A stretch of 35,528 bases of DNA, from IMG/VR virus record IMGVR_UViG_3300037962_000735, positions 1 to 35,528 of that record. One strand, written 5' to 3'. The notes below the pieces were generated by a model. That model was given only the letters and a program-made list of their open reading frames with translations, made no database searches and had not been told where the DNA came from. Numbering within the stretch: position 1 is the stretch's first letter; each line of letters opens with the position of its first letter. The DNA is from a virus. Taxonomy: Duplodnaviria > Caudoviricetes. This document shows, piece after piece, positions 17,461-26,844 of the stretch. The position numbers were made by a program, and so were the translations under genes.

Positions 17461-18060
17461 ATGACCCAAACAACCCCAATCATCGCCGTGGCCGCAGCTT
17501 TACGCGCCCACTTAGACAAGACGCACCAGTATAGCTTCGTCAAGTCGCTGTCCAACGTTGCCATTGATACTGTTAGTGGTATCAAATATCCACGTACCTG
17601 GGATCTAGAAGATCCTGATACTGAGGTCGGCTACCTAAACGCGAATGACGTGACCAGCCTCATTCAACACAACGGCTTTCGCTTTTGGGGCAGTCATACC
17701 TGCTCTGATCAGCCTGAGTATATGTTTGAGCCGGTCGTGCGTACCTCGCAGTTTTTGCTGGACACGATCATCAATGGCTGCTTTCAGTTCATTGATCAGC
17801 CACTATCACCAACGACTGTCCGTGACATCATTCGTGCCATCAATGCCAAGCTGCAGGAGATGGTTAACTTCGGTTATTTAATCGGTGCGAAATGCTGGTA
17901 CAACACCGAGCTAAACAGCGAAACGCTGCTCATGCAAGGCAAGCTGTATCTAGATTATGACTTTACCCCAGTGCCTAACCTAGAGAACCTTAACCTAAAT
18001 CAGACGATCACAGATACATACCTGGTCAACTTTGCCGACTTGGTAGCAGCAGCGGCCTAA
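17461..18060 (+). CDS. FI: Tail sheath (P2 FI), C-terminal half
   Basis: ALRAHLD...KSLSNV, WDLEDP, GFRFWGSHTCSD, GKLYLDYDFTPVPNLENL; own RBS AAGGGA and ATG. Confidence 0.9.
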   Translation: MTQTTPIIAVAAALRAHLDKTHQYSFVKSLSNVAIDTVSGIKYPRTWDLEDPDTEVGYLNANDVTSLIQHNGFRFWGSHTCSDQPEYMFEPVVRTSQFLLDTIINGCFQFIDQPLSPTTVRDIIRAINAKLQEMVNFGYLIGAKCWYNTELNSETLLMQGKLYLDYDFTPVPNLENLNLNQTITDTYLVNFADLVAAAA

Positions 18061-18098
18061 TAGCCACCTGACGACCCTATTACTAAAAAGGAACCCCT

Positions 18099-18626
18099 AT
18101 GTTACCTCGTAAATTAAAGAACTTCATGGCTTACAAAGGCCTTGGTAACCAAAAGCGCTACCAAGGTCAGATCCCAGAGATTGAGCTGCCCAAACTGACT
18201 CGCGTGCTCGAAGAGTATCGCGCTGGTGGTATGGATATGCCGGTCAAGGTTGACTTGGGCCAAGAAGCGATGGAAATGACCATCAAATGCGGTGGTCACG
18301 AAGCAGATTTGTACCGCGACTTTGCGCGTGCTGGTATTGACAAGGTCGTATTGTCTTATTCAGGTGCCTATCAACGCGATGATGATTGTAGTGTGGCAGC
18401 TGTCGATATCTATTGCCGTGGTCGCTTAGAGGAAATTGACCCTGGTAGCGCCAAGTTAGGCGACGACACAGAAGAGTCGTTCAAGTACTCATTGGCGTAT
18501 TACAGGCTGGTCGTAGACGGTGAAGACATCATTGAAATTGATGCCATGGCGATGAAGTGTATCGTCAATGGTGAAGACCGCCTAAAAGAGATCCGTGAAG
18601 CCATGGGAATGTTTACCACCGTCTAA
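18099..18626 (+). CDS. FII: Major tail tube protein (P2 FII)
   Basis: LPRKLKNF, LPKLTRVLEEYRAGGMD, GAYQRDD, IEID...VNGEDRL. Confidence 0.95.
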   Translation: MLPRKLKNFMAYKGLGNQKRYQGQIPEIELPKLTRVLEEYRAGGMDMPVKVDLGQEAMEMTIKCGGHEADLYRDFARAGIDKVVLSYSGAYQRDDDCSVAAVDIYCRGRLEEIDPGSAKLGDDTEESFKYSLAYYRLVVDGEDIIEIDAMAMKCIVNGEDRLKEIREAMGMFTTV

Positions 18627-18708
18627 ACCGATCATGCAAATCAAGTGACCAAACCAGACACCTATTTGATTAAAACATCGACTAAAAATTACTGATTAAG
18701 GATACACC

Positions 18709-19035
18709 ATGAACAACAATGATATGCCAACTATCGAACTAGACTACCCTATCATTCGCGGTACTGGCGATAAGGCCAAAGAGATTAAAGAGTTTACCCT
18801 GCGTCGTCCGATGGGTGGCGATTTGCGTGGCCAGTCACTCATTGACATTTCAATGGCCAAAGTCGATGCCCTAGCAGTAGTACTCCCTCGCATCAGCAAC
18901 CCAGTTATCCATGAGCATGAAGTCAAAAACATGGATGCCGCTGATTTGATGGACGTGGGGTTAACTATTGCCAGTTTTTTTACCAAGGCGAAACATCAGT
19001 TGCAAGCAGAAACCGCAGCTATCCCAACCGCGTAG
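18709..19035 (+). CDS. E: Tail assembly chaperone gpE
   Basis: LDYPIIRG, LRRPMGGDLRG, VLPRISNP, MDAADL...FF. Confidence 0.9.
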   Translation: MNNNDMPTIELDYPIIRGTGDKAKEIKEFTLRRPMGGDLRGQSLIDISMAKVDALAVVLPRISNPVIHEHEVKNMDAADLMDVGLTIASFFTKAKHQLQAETAAIPTA

Positions 19036-19160
19036 AAGACTGCATGGCAGACATCGCCTTGGTGTTCGGCTGGACACCAGAGGCGATGTATCACATGACG
19101 ATCGAAGAGCTTGCTGATTGGCGCGAACGAGCGCGTATCCGTAACAACCCTGATGAATGA
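18975..19160 (+). CDS. E': gpE' extension via -1 frameshift (not in the ORF track)
   Basis: T TTT TTT at 18975-18981; the -1 frame is open to TGA 19158-19160 and encodes MADIALVFGWTPEAMYHMTIEELADWRERA, the P2 GpE' motif. Confidence 0.88.
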   Translation, partial: FFYQGETSVASRNRSYPNRVEDCMADIALVFGWTPEAMYHMTIEELADWRERARIRNNPDE

Positions 19161-19239
19161 TAACTTGGTTCCCTCACGAATGAGGGAACCAGGACAACAT
19201 CAGCATCATTGATATCAACAATAAAGTGGGCGCAAATAC

Positions 19240-21780
19240 ATGGCAGACCTAAGCTTTCGAGCACAGATAGAACTTATCGACCGCATGACTGCACCCATGC
19301 GCTCACTCAGTAGCCAAGCCGATCGCTTAGGTCGTCAGTTTGGTGAGACAGCACAAGCAGCGCGTAAACTTCAGTCACAGCAAGGCTTGATCAACAGTTT
19401 CAGACAACAAAAACAAGCGCTAGCCGAAACCTCAGAGGCCGCTGTTCGTAGCCGTGCCCGACTACAGCAGTTAGAGCAGCAAATGCGCGATACGGCCAAT
19501 CCTAGCGCCACATTGATTCGTCAATTTGAGGCTGCAGGACGTGAATCACAGCGCTTGAATGCTCGCCTTGATAGTCAACGGCAGCATTTACAGCAGCTAC
19601 GCGGTCGTTTATCAGATGCAGGTATTAGCACCAATAATCTATCTGATCATGAGCGTGAGCTTGCGCGTAATATCGAGCGCACCAATCAGCAGCTGGCAGA
19701 GCAGCGGCGGCGGATGAACGAGGTTCGACAGCTTGAACGTCAATCACAGCAAATGGGTGATATGCGGAACAAAGCCCTAGGACTGGCCGTAGGCGGTGCA
19801 GCAGCAACCTATGCTGGTGCACGGTTCATTCAACCAGGCTTAGACCTAGAGCAGAACCTGAGTAAAGTTCAAGCAGTCACCCGTCTGGATAAAAACAGTC
19901 CACAGTATAAAGCGCTTGTTGCACAAGCTAAAGAGCTAGGCGCGTCGACTCAGTTCACTTCAGCCGATGCCGCGGCTGGACAGACGTTCTTAGCGATGGC
20001 TGGTTTTACACCTGAGTCTGTGAAAGCTGCTATGCCGGGGATGCTTGATCTTGCTTTAGCTGGTGGCATGGAGTTAGACCGAACAGCTGATATCGCGTCA
20101 AATATTCTCTCAGGCATGAAGATCGACCCCTCTAAAATGAGCAATCTTAGTGATGTATTGGCAGGTACTTTCACCCGTTCTAACACAAATATTGAAATGC
20201 TTGGCGAAACCATGAAGTACGCCGCACCAGGCGCGGCACTACTAGGTGTATCACTTGAGCAATCAGCAGCAATGGCTGGTAAGTTGGGCGATGCAGGTAT
20301 CCAAGCGAGTATGGCCGGTACAGCGATGCGTGCGATTATGTCGCGTATGGCCGCTGGCCCAAAAGCAACGATAGAGGCACTTGATAGGTTAGGTGTCAAG
20401 ACCTCTGATGCAAATGGCAACTTGCGCCAAATGCCAGATATATTAAAAGAGATTCACGATAAAAGTAAAAATTTGGGTAATGCAGAACAATCAGAGTTGT
20501 TCAAAGGCATTGCAGGAGAAGAAGCCGGTGGTGCTTTAGCCATTCTCGTAGATCAAGCTGGTAGCGGTGCGCTACAAAATCTCATTGGTGAGTTACAAAA
20601 CGCCCAAGGCGAAGCTGGTAACTTAGCGAAAACCATGAGCGACAATACCGTTGGTGACTTTAAGTCAATGACCTCAGCCATTGATGCCCTTAGAACCTCT
20701 ATTTTTGATGCAAACGGCGGTGCGCTACGTGAGTTCATTCAGACGATCACTATCATGACCCAACGTTTGACCGCGTTCGCTAATGCGAATCCGCAGTTAA
20801 TGGCTGTCCTAGGTCAACTATTTGCTATTTTGGCCATTGGTGCGGTCATCATTGGCGGCTTAGGCGCAGTCATGCTAACTATTTTAGGCCCTATGGCACT
20901 ATTGAGAGCATCATTGGTTACGCTAGGGCTACCCACAACTCTAACGCCATTATCAATGTTGGCTAAATCATTTGGCATGATTGGCGGTGCTGTCAGAGCA
21001 TTGACGCTGACGCTAATGGCAAACCCTATTTTGGCACTCTGCTTAGCACTGGCAGTACTGGCCTTTACCATTTATAAGAACTGGGACACCCTAGGGCCGA
21101 TGTTTGCGGCGCTGTGGGAACGTATCAAAGCCATATTCAATACGGGTATTCAGGCGCTTAAATCTTTTATATCTAATTTCAATCCAGTCGCATCATTCAT
21201 GACGGCATTCGCTACAGTTTGGGGTTACTTGGCTGGACTGGGTGCGACCTTCAGGCAGTACGGCGTCAATATGCTCGAAGGGCTAAAAAACGGCATCTTA
21301 GGCAGAGCGCAAGCGGTTATTAATTCTATTAGTAGTGTCGTAGGGCGTATCAAAGGAGCATTTACGGGTTCAAAAGGAATGGACATTCACAGTCCGAGCC
21401 GTGTATTTACCCGCTATGGTGGCTTCATGATGGAAGGTTTAGGCGATGGTGTATTAGCCAATGCAAATCGAGCAATCAATGCGGTAAAAAACGTTACTGG
21501 TCGTATTCGTAATTCAGCGCCTGGACAGATGGTTGGGTCAGTTGTCAGCAAAGTATCTGATTATATCCCCATGCAAATTGACAGCCGAAAATCTATCTTA
21601 CCGCCTCGCGGCCAGTCTAGTATGGCAATGATGGGCGGTATGAGTAGTGGCAATATTACCATCAATATCCATGGCGCAACCGATCCGCAAGCCGTAGCGC
21701 GTGAAGTTCAGCGCGCATTGGCAGCAGAACAACGCAATCAAATGGCACGTCAGCGTAGCCGCTTATCTGATATTGATTAA
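19240..21780 (+). CDS. T: Tail tape measure protein (P2 gpT)
   Basis: 846 aa, helical; TP901-type core (FLAMAGF, FTRSNTNIEMLGETMKY, GIQASMAGT), IHSPSRVF. Confidence 0.95.
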   Translation: MADLSFRAQIELIDRMTAPMRSLSSQADRLGRQFGETAQAARKLQSQQGLINSFRQQKQALAETSEAAVRSRARLQQLEQQMRDTANPSATLIRQFEAAGRESQRLNARLDSQRQHLQQLRGRLSDAGISTNNLSDHERELARNIERTNQQLAEQRRRMNEVRQLERQSQQMGDMRNKALGLAVGGAAATYAGARFIQPGLDLEQNLSKVQAVTRLDKNSPQYKALVAQAKELGASTQFTSADAAAGQTFLAMAGFTPESVKAAMPGMLDLALAGGMELDRTADIASNILSGMKIDPSKMSNLSDVLAGTFTRSNTNIEMLGETMKYAAPGAALLGVSLEQSAAMAGKLGDAGIQASMAGTAMRAIMSRMAAGPKATIEALDRLGVKTSDANGNLRQMPDILKEIHDKSKNLGNAEQSELFKGIAGEEAGGALAILVDQAGSGALQNLIGELQNAQGEAGNLAKTMSDNTVGDFKSMTSAIDALRTSIFDANGGALREFIQTITIMTQRLTAFANANPQLMAVLGQLFAILAIGAVIIGGLGAVMLTILGPMALLRASLVTLGLPTTLTPLSMLAKSFGMIGGAVRALTLTLMANPILALCLALAVLAFTIYKNWDTLGPMFAALWERIKAIFNTGIQALKSFISNFNPVASFMTAFATVWGYLAGLGATFRQYGVNMLEGLKNGILGRAQAVINSISSVVGRIKGAFTGSKGMDIHSPSRVFTRYGGFMMEGLGDGVLANANRAINAVKNVTGRIRNSAPGQMVGSVVSKVSDYIPMQIDSRKSILPPRGQSSMAMMGGMSSGNITINIHGATDPQAVAREVQRALAAEQRNQMARQRSRLSDID

Positions 21781-21800
21781 GGGCATATAAGGATTAAGTT

Positions 21801-22226
21801 ATGTTAGCCAGTTTAGGATTGTTCGTATTTGAGACCACCAGCGCGGCATTTAATGAGATATCGCGCAAGTCTGGTTATCGTTTTGGCACCGGCAACGCGG
21901 TCGGTACCAGACCACATATGCAGTATATCGGCCAAGATAACGACGACATATCGCTATCAGGCACACTATACCCAGAAATCACCAACGGTATTGTGTCGTT
22001 AGATGAATTACGTGATATGGCCGCCACTGGTAAGACCTACGCGCTCATGAATGGCAATGGTTACTACTATGGCATGTGCTACATCACTGACATCAGTGAG
22101 ACTCAATCACACTTATTGTCAGATGGCACTGCTCGCAAAATTAGCTTTAGCTTAGCACTAAAACTGGCAGATGATAGCGAGCGTGAGCAAGTAGCCATCT
22201 TAGATCAGGATCGAGCAGACGTATGA
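21801..22226 (+). CDS. U: Tail protein U
   Basis: MLASLGLFVF, QYIG, ISLSGTLYPE, DGTARKISFSL. Confidence 0.92.
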   Translation: MLASLGLFVFETTSAAFNEISRKSGYRFGTGNAVGTRPHMQYIGQDNDDISLSGTLYPEITNGIVSLDELRDMAATGKTYALMNGNGYYYGMCYITDISETQSHLLSDGTARKISFSLALKLADDSEREQVAILDQDRADV

Positions 22227-23230
22227 CTAACTTATTCAAGCTCACAATCGAAGGTATTGATCGTACCGCGCAGGTTGAGAAGCGTCTGATTAGTCTCTCA
22301 ATGACAGACAAGCGTGGTACTGAAGCGGATGAGCTATCACTGACGCTATCTGATCATGACGCGGCGCTGCCCTTACCTACCAATGGCAATGAGATAAGGC
22401 TATGGCTCGCGATGCCTGATACTGGCGATATGATAGACAAAGGCACATTTACCATTGATCAAGCTGAGCACAGTGGCACACCTGACCAGCTGCAGATACG
22501 CGCCAAGTCAGCCGATTTCAAGTCATCTCTGAAGGTAAAGCGCAGTGACAGCTATCATCAGCACAAGCTTGGGGAAATAGCATCGAGTGTGGCCAAACGT
22601 CATGACTTGATATTGGCCATTGATGCTACGGTAGCAGCGACGATGATTGATCATATCGATCAGCACCGTGAGAGTGATATCAATTTACTGACCAGGCTTT
22701 GTGAGGACCATGATTTGATGTGTACGATTAAGGCTGGACGGTTGATTATCAAACCGATTGCCAATGCAAGATCACCTTCAGGGGCGGCATTGGGAGCAGT
22801 CACCATCACTCGTCAGTCTGGGGACAGCCATCGCTATAGTCGCGCCGATCGTACCAGCGACTATGACGAGACGACAGCAAGCTATCATGATGATAAAACT
22901 GGTAAGACCAAGCATATCAGTGTCAAAGACGGTAAGTCCAAACCACTGGACGCCCTACCCAATGACAAGTCTCATGTACTGACTAAACCCGCTAAGAGCA
23001 AATCAGAGGCAGTCTCTAAGGCAAAATCAAGTGCCAATAAAAAAGCCCGCCAGATGGCGAGCTTTGAACTGACGTTAGCAACTGCGCGTCCTGATATCAT
23101 CGCTGACAGCCCAGTGACGGTCAGTGGCTTCAGACCGTATATTGATGCTCACGCTTGGACAGTCATTGAAATCAGCCATGATTTATCAGGTAGTGGCTAT
23201 CAAACTAGGGTTAAGTGTGAGGCTGGGTAA
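22223..23230 (+). CDS. D: Late control/baseplate hub protein D
   Basis: RLISLSMTDKRGTEADEL, EHSGTPD, RAKSADF, HIDQHRESD. Confidence 0.93.
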   Translation: MTNLFKLTIEGIDRTAQVEKRLISLSMTDKRGTEADELSLTLSDHDAALPLPTNGNEIRLWLAMPDTGDMIDKGTFTIDQAEHSGTPDQLQIRAKSADFKSSLKVKRSDSYHQHKLGEIASSVAKRHDLILAIDATVAATMIDHIDQHRESDINLLTRLCEDHDLMCTIKAGRLIIKPIANARSPSGAALGAVTITRQSGDSHRYSRADRTSDYDETTASYHDDKTGKTKHISVKDGKSKPLDALPNDKSHVLTKPAKSKSEAVSKAKSSANKKARQMASFELTLATARPDIIADSPVTVSGFRPYIDAHAWTVIEISHDLSGSGYQTRVKCEAG

Positions 23231-23249
23231 AAATAGTAGCAAGGTCAGC

Positions 23250-23525
23250 TTAACTCAATAGCCATCGAGGAATATAGTCACGTTTATAGTCCCTGATCCA
23301 TGTTGTAACTAAAACCTCTAAAGCTAAAACCATACCAATTGCATATACTGCAAAATGATATGACTCTAACGAAATGTGCTGAGTGAAAATAGCTATATCT
23401 TTAGGCATCATACTAGCAATAAAAATAGTTGCTAATAATATAATCGAAGCGCGAGTCACTCCTCGAACTGAATACATTGAGCAATGTATAATGGAATACC
23501 ATACACCTAAAATAAATTCTTTCAT
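23250..23525 (-). CDS. Small membrane protein, accessory (moron)
   Basis: 91 aa, 2-3 TM segments, RBS AAGGA, AT-rich. Confidence 0.55.
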   Translation of the reverse strand: MKEFILGVWYSIIHCSMYSVRGVTRASIILLATIFIASMMPKDIAIFTQHISLESYHFAVYAIGMVLALEVLVTTWIRDYKRDYIPRWLLS

Positions 23526-23585
23526 TTCTAATTTAAATCCTTAATAAAAACCAACATACATACTTCAAAATAATTAATTTTTCAT

Positions 23586-24038
23586 TCATACTTCAGGCTT
23601 TATATTATGAAATATCTGAAAAAACTTATATGCGGTTCGCAAAGAGTAAAAAACCAATACAATAGATAGAAAAATAACTGTGATAAAAACAAGAGATTGA
23701 TTATCTCGAACAAATAAACCAATAACAGAGATAATCAGAGTAATAAAGTAAAGCAGTGCAAGTAATTTGCTGTTTGTTAATAAGTTACTGTAATGGTTGG
23801 TTCTAATTAAATTTGAGACCAACCTTGTTCCTGCCAAACTTACCACTATAGCTATAAGAGTCAACAAAAAACCTAGCAGTATTCCATAAAGCGGAATCAA
23901 TACTTTAAATATATCATTAATAAAAATAGAATCTTGGGATAGTAAAAACTCTTTGAAAAAATAACATACAACACTACCAAATACTGCGCCATACAGTAGC
24001 CAGCTATAAGGTTTAATATGCTTCATTAATTTCATCAA
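23586..24038 (-). CDS. Four-TM membrane protein, accessory (RexB-like effector candidate)
   Basis: Four hydrophobic segments, very AT-rich, overlaps the upstream gene. Confidence 0.65.
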   Translation of the reverse strand: MMKLMKHIKPYSWLLYGAVFGSVVCYFFKEFLLSQDSIFINDIFKVLIPLYGILLGFLLTLIAIVVSLAGTRLVSNLIRTNHYSNLLTNSKLLALLYFITLIISVIGLFVRDNQSLVFITVIFLSIVLVFYSLRTAYKFFQIFHNIKPEV

Positions 24039-24867
24039 GTTTATCCAAGTAAGCAGAAATTATTTTCTCGTATATACTCTTATCAGGTAAAGTCTCTTTC
24101 AAATATTTATAGTCTTTAAAAGTATATTTAATCTTATCTTCAATTAGGTCGATCCAGTCTTTTTTACCGTCTATATTTAGTACTTGCACTCTAGCAGTAG
24201 TTGCTCCAAAACCCAAAAAGTTTTTTATAGCTTTTAAGGGATGATTGATAGAGCCTGGTGTCTGAGTTTTCAAACTAATATTTGTTTCTATTCTTACCGT
24301 TTCAGCTCCAGACTTGCTCGCAGCTTGAATGGTTTCATTACTCCAGTCATCAGCATACTCAGGTATTAAGTCATGTTTTACAGGAATATTAGCCTGTAGT
24401 TTAGTAACAGACTTATTACTCAATAAAGTTTCCAATGTGCCTTTCGTTAATAGAGGTGACAACTCTACTCTAATACCAAACGCTTGAGTCAGACAGTCCT
24501 CAAGTCTTTTGTAATGATTACCATGTTGGTTTCTGATATAAGCAAGTATTCGTTTATTAGGAATATAAATTAGATGATTGGTTTCAAACTTTCCTTCATC
24601 ATCAGCCATAGCAACATCCCAGCCATCAGTACACGCTTTACCAACCTTAATAGGCTCACCTGTCCTTACTTTGCGAAAAACACCACATACATATTGGTTA
24701 TCAATTTTTTGAAACTTATATAAGTCGCGTTCATAGCTATCTTTAAAACTATAGTTACCAGTCAACAATGTTTCAAAGCAACCACTGACAGTTACAGTAT
24801 TTCCCTGTTCATCTGGTTCAGGCTGTTCAAAAAAATTTACTTGGTAAAATTCGACTGTGGTAGACAT
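24013..24867 (-). CDS. Soluble accessory protein, DUF6731/DUF4747-like (RexA-like candidate)
   Basis: 284 aa; EG..E.NH..Y, RNQHG and IDLIEDK motifs recalled from this family; RBS AGGA. Confidence 0.55.
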   Translation of the reverse strand: MSTTVEFYQVNFFEQPEPDEQGNTVTVSGCFETLLTGNYSFKDSYERDLYKFQKIDNQYVCGVFRKVRTGEPIKVGKACTDGWDVAMADDEGKFETNHLIYIPNKRILAYIRNQHGNHYKRLEDCLTQAFGIRVELSPLLTKGTLETLLSNKSVTKLQANIPVKHDLIPEYADDWSNETIQAASKSGAETVRIETNISLKTQTPGSINHPLKAIKNFLGFGATTARVQVLNIDGKKDWIDLIEDKIKYTFKDYKYLKETLPDKSIYEKIISAYLDKLDEINEAY

Positions 24868-25104
24868 TTATTATCCTGTGTATGGGGTTGAGCATCAATA
24901 GGACAGGTGCTAAGACTCGTCACTCCCTGTCGCTTACAGCACTAAAAAAATGAGCCTGTATCAACTGACTCATAATAGATTGATATTAGCTAAAGCGTAT
25001 CACCGTGCAACACTTTCAGCAATAACTATTTGACTTTTGTCAATCTAAATATTTCCTTTTTTAAATATGGCAGTGGATGTTTAAGGCGTCTTATCTAATA
25101 CAAC

Positions 25105-25138
25105 AAAAAATAGCCACTACCTATCAGGCAGTGGCTAT
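25105..25138 (-). terminator. Intrinsic terminator for 25168..25992
   Basis: Minus strand ATAGCCACTGCC-TGATA-GGTAGTGGCTAT followed by a T-run. Confidence 0.85.
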
Positions 25139-25167
25139 CAGACTAGGACTGAATGCGAGGTTAAAGT

Positions 25168-25992
25168 TTAAGCAGGTTCAATTGTGATCCATATACCTAT
25201 AGTCTTACTTGCAAGAGCAGTGTATTTAACGTCATCTACTACTTTACTGGCTTCCCCTTCGCCGTTTTCTTCATACCCATTAAGAGCTTCTGCAAGCACC
25301 TTCATTACTGTTCCAGCGCTCTCTTCTTTAGGCACATCAGGACTGATAGCACGAGCAGAGAGCCCTGCCATCATTGCCATATTCAAACCCTCTCTATCAC
25401 CATTTTGTGTTTTACCCATAATAAAGGTGATACCTTTTAGCTCTCCATTCTTATCAACAGTGCCATTCATTGCTATAGCTTCGCTCAACATTGTTGAAAA
25501 GGTATCGTTTACAGCGCCTTTGATTGTCTCAAAATCCCCATAAGGCACTTCACCAAATCCAACCTCTTTAGCCTCAGCGCTAAATTGACGACTAAACTCG
25601 AGCGGAGTAATACCAAAAGTTTTGTCAGTAGATTTTTCTACATAAACAGGCTCGAAAGGTTCAATTTCTTTAGCTTCAAGCGTATCGTCGGCTTGTGACT
25701 TTACCTCAATCGCACCATTATCTTTTACTTCATAATCATCAGGTTCAATGCCTACTTCGGCAACGACTTCATCGACATCTATAGCTGTATTTTGGTCGGG
25801 AGTAATAGCAATGCCAATACCAATAGAGACAACCCATACCGCTAGTATGGCAGCAGAGAACTTGCCTCGCGACCACTTGCCATTAGGGTTTTTCTTAGTA
25901 CGAATATTAAATTTAGCAGGTTTTATCAGAGAATAAATCAACAACGCTGGTAATAATAAAAAGGCAACCAAACTGATTAAGAACATGCCCAT
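25168..25992 (-). CDS. Membrane-anchored acidic periplasmic protein, accessory
   Basis: Two N-terminal TM helices separated by a basic loop, acidic linker, globular C-terminal domain. Confidence 0.65.
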   Translation of the reverse strand: MGMFLISLVAFLLLPALLIYSLIKPAKFNIRTKKNPNGKWSRGKFSAAILAVWVVSIGIGIAITPDQNTAIDVDEVVAEVGIEPDDYEVKDNGAIEVKSQADDTLEAKEIEPFEPVYVEKSTDKTFGITPLEFSRQFSAEAKEVGFGEVPYGDFETIKGAVNDTFSTMLSEAIAMNGTVDKNGELKGITFIMGKTQNGDREGLNMAMMAGLSARAISPDVPKEESAGTVMKVLAEALNGYEENGEGEASKVVDDVKYTALASKTIGIWITIEPA

Positions 25993-26187
25993 GCCAACTT
26001 CCTTACAATTGTGTAATAAATTAGCAATCTATCAAACCATAGCGTTTATCACAATAAATATTTAACTTTTGTCAGTCCCAGTCTACCGCTTCACGATAGA
26101 CACTCCACCCAAATGGCAAGTCTGTAACCAACGTAGCATGTTGCAAGAAGTGCTCAATCCATAGTGTCATATAGTCTGTAGCCATAC

Positions 26188-26466
26188 TTAATCGCTCCCT
26201 TTGTCCTCTTTTAGACTATCCGAAATACTTTTCCGCACAAACGCCCCAAACTGCTCACGAGTCAGCCCAGCATCTTTAAGAAAACTATCATCGAACGGTA
26301 CGCTGATGGGCTTTGGCGGTGACTCTTCAGTGGCAAAACTGGCTTCAAGACGCGCCACAATGTCTGCATTCATTGAACGGACATGTTCTTTTGCTGATTC
26401 TTTGATTTTGTCCCTTAGCTCTTCTGGAAGCCTTAATTTGTACTGGGGTTCAGTTTGTAGAGTCAT
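26188..26466 (-). CDS. Arc/Mnt-family ribbon-helix-helix repressor
   Basis: PQYKLRLPEELRDKIKESAKEHVRSMNADIVARLEASF. Confidence 0.9.
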   Translation of the reverse strand: MTLQTEPQYKLRLPEELRDKIKESAKEHVRSMNADIVARLEASFATEESPPKPISVPFDDSFLKDAGLTREQFGAFVRKSISDSLKEDKGSD

Positions 26467-26478
26467 TTATTTAGCCTT

Positions 26479-26567
26479 ACGTACCTACTAGGTGTTGACA
26501 ACACAAGTATAAAGGAATAAAGTTACAAACGTACCTACTAGGTACTTTTATAAACCTATAAGGTTTA
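26479..26567. promoter_or_regulatory. Three operators (ACCT-N3-AGGT) and a rightward sigma70 promoter
   Basis: ACGTACCTACTAGGT at 26479 and 26529; TAAACCTATAAGGTTTA at 26551; TTGACA(26495)-17 bp-TAAAGT(26518). Confidence 0.8.
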
Positions 26568-26595
26568 ATATTACCACGATTAAAAGGAAATCAAA

Positions 26596-26763
26596 ATGGC
26601 AGCAAAAAAAACCGTTGATTATAAGCTCAAGCTAGACCCTGAGCTGCACCACTGGCTAAAAGTCCACGCCGCCGAAAACTACCGCACGCTATCAGCCGAA
26701 ATTACGATGCATCTGGACAAAGCATGTAAAGCCGCACAAAAGGAAAAAGATAATGCTAAATAG
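26596..26763 (+). CDS. Arc-like RHH protein, 55 aa (not in the ORF track)
   Basis: RBS AAGGA; MAAKKTVDYKLKLDPELHHWLKVHAAENYRTLSAEITMHLDKACKAAQKEKDNAK. Confidence 0.85.
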   Translation: MAAKKTVDYKLKLDPELHHWLKVHAAENYRTLSAEITMHLDKACKAAQKEKDNAK

Positions 26764-26844
26764 ACCGAATACCACCCAGCAGATCAACACTTATATCCGC
26801 AGTCAGCAGTTGCTATATCGCCACCTGCAATTATGTCAGCGCAT

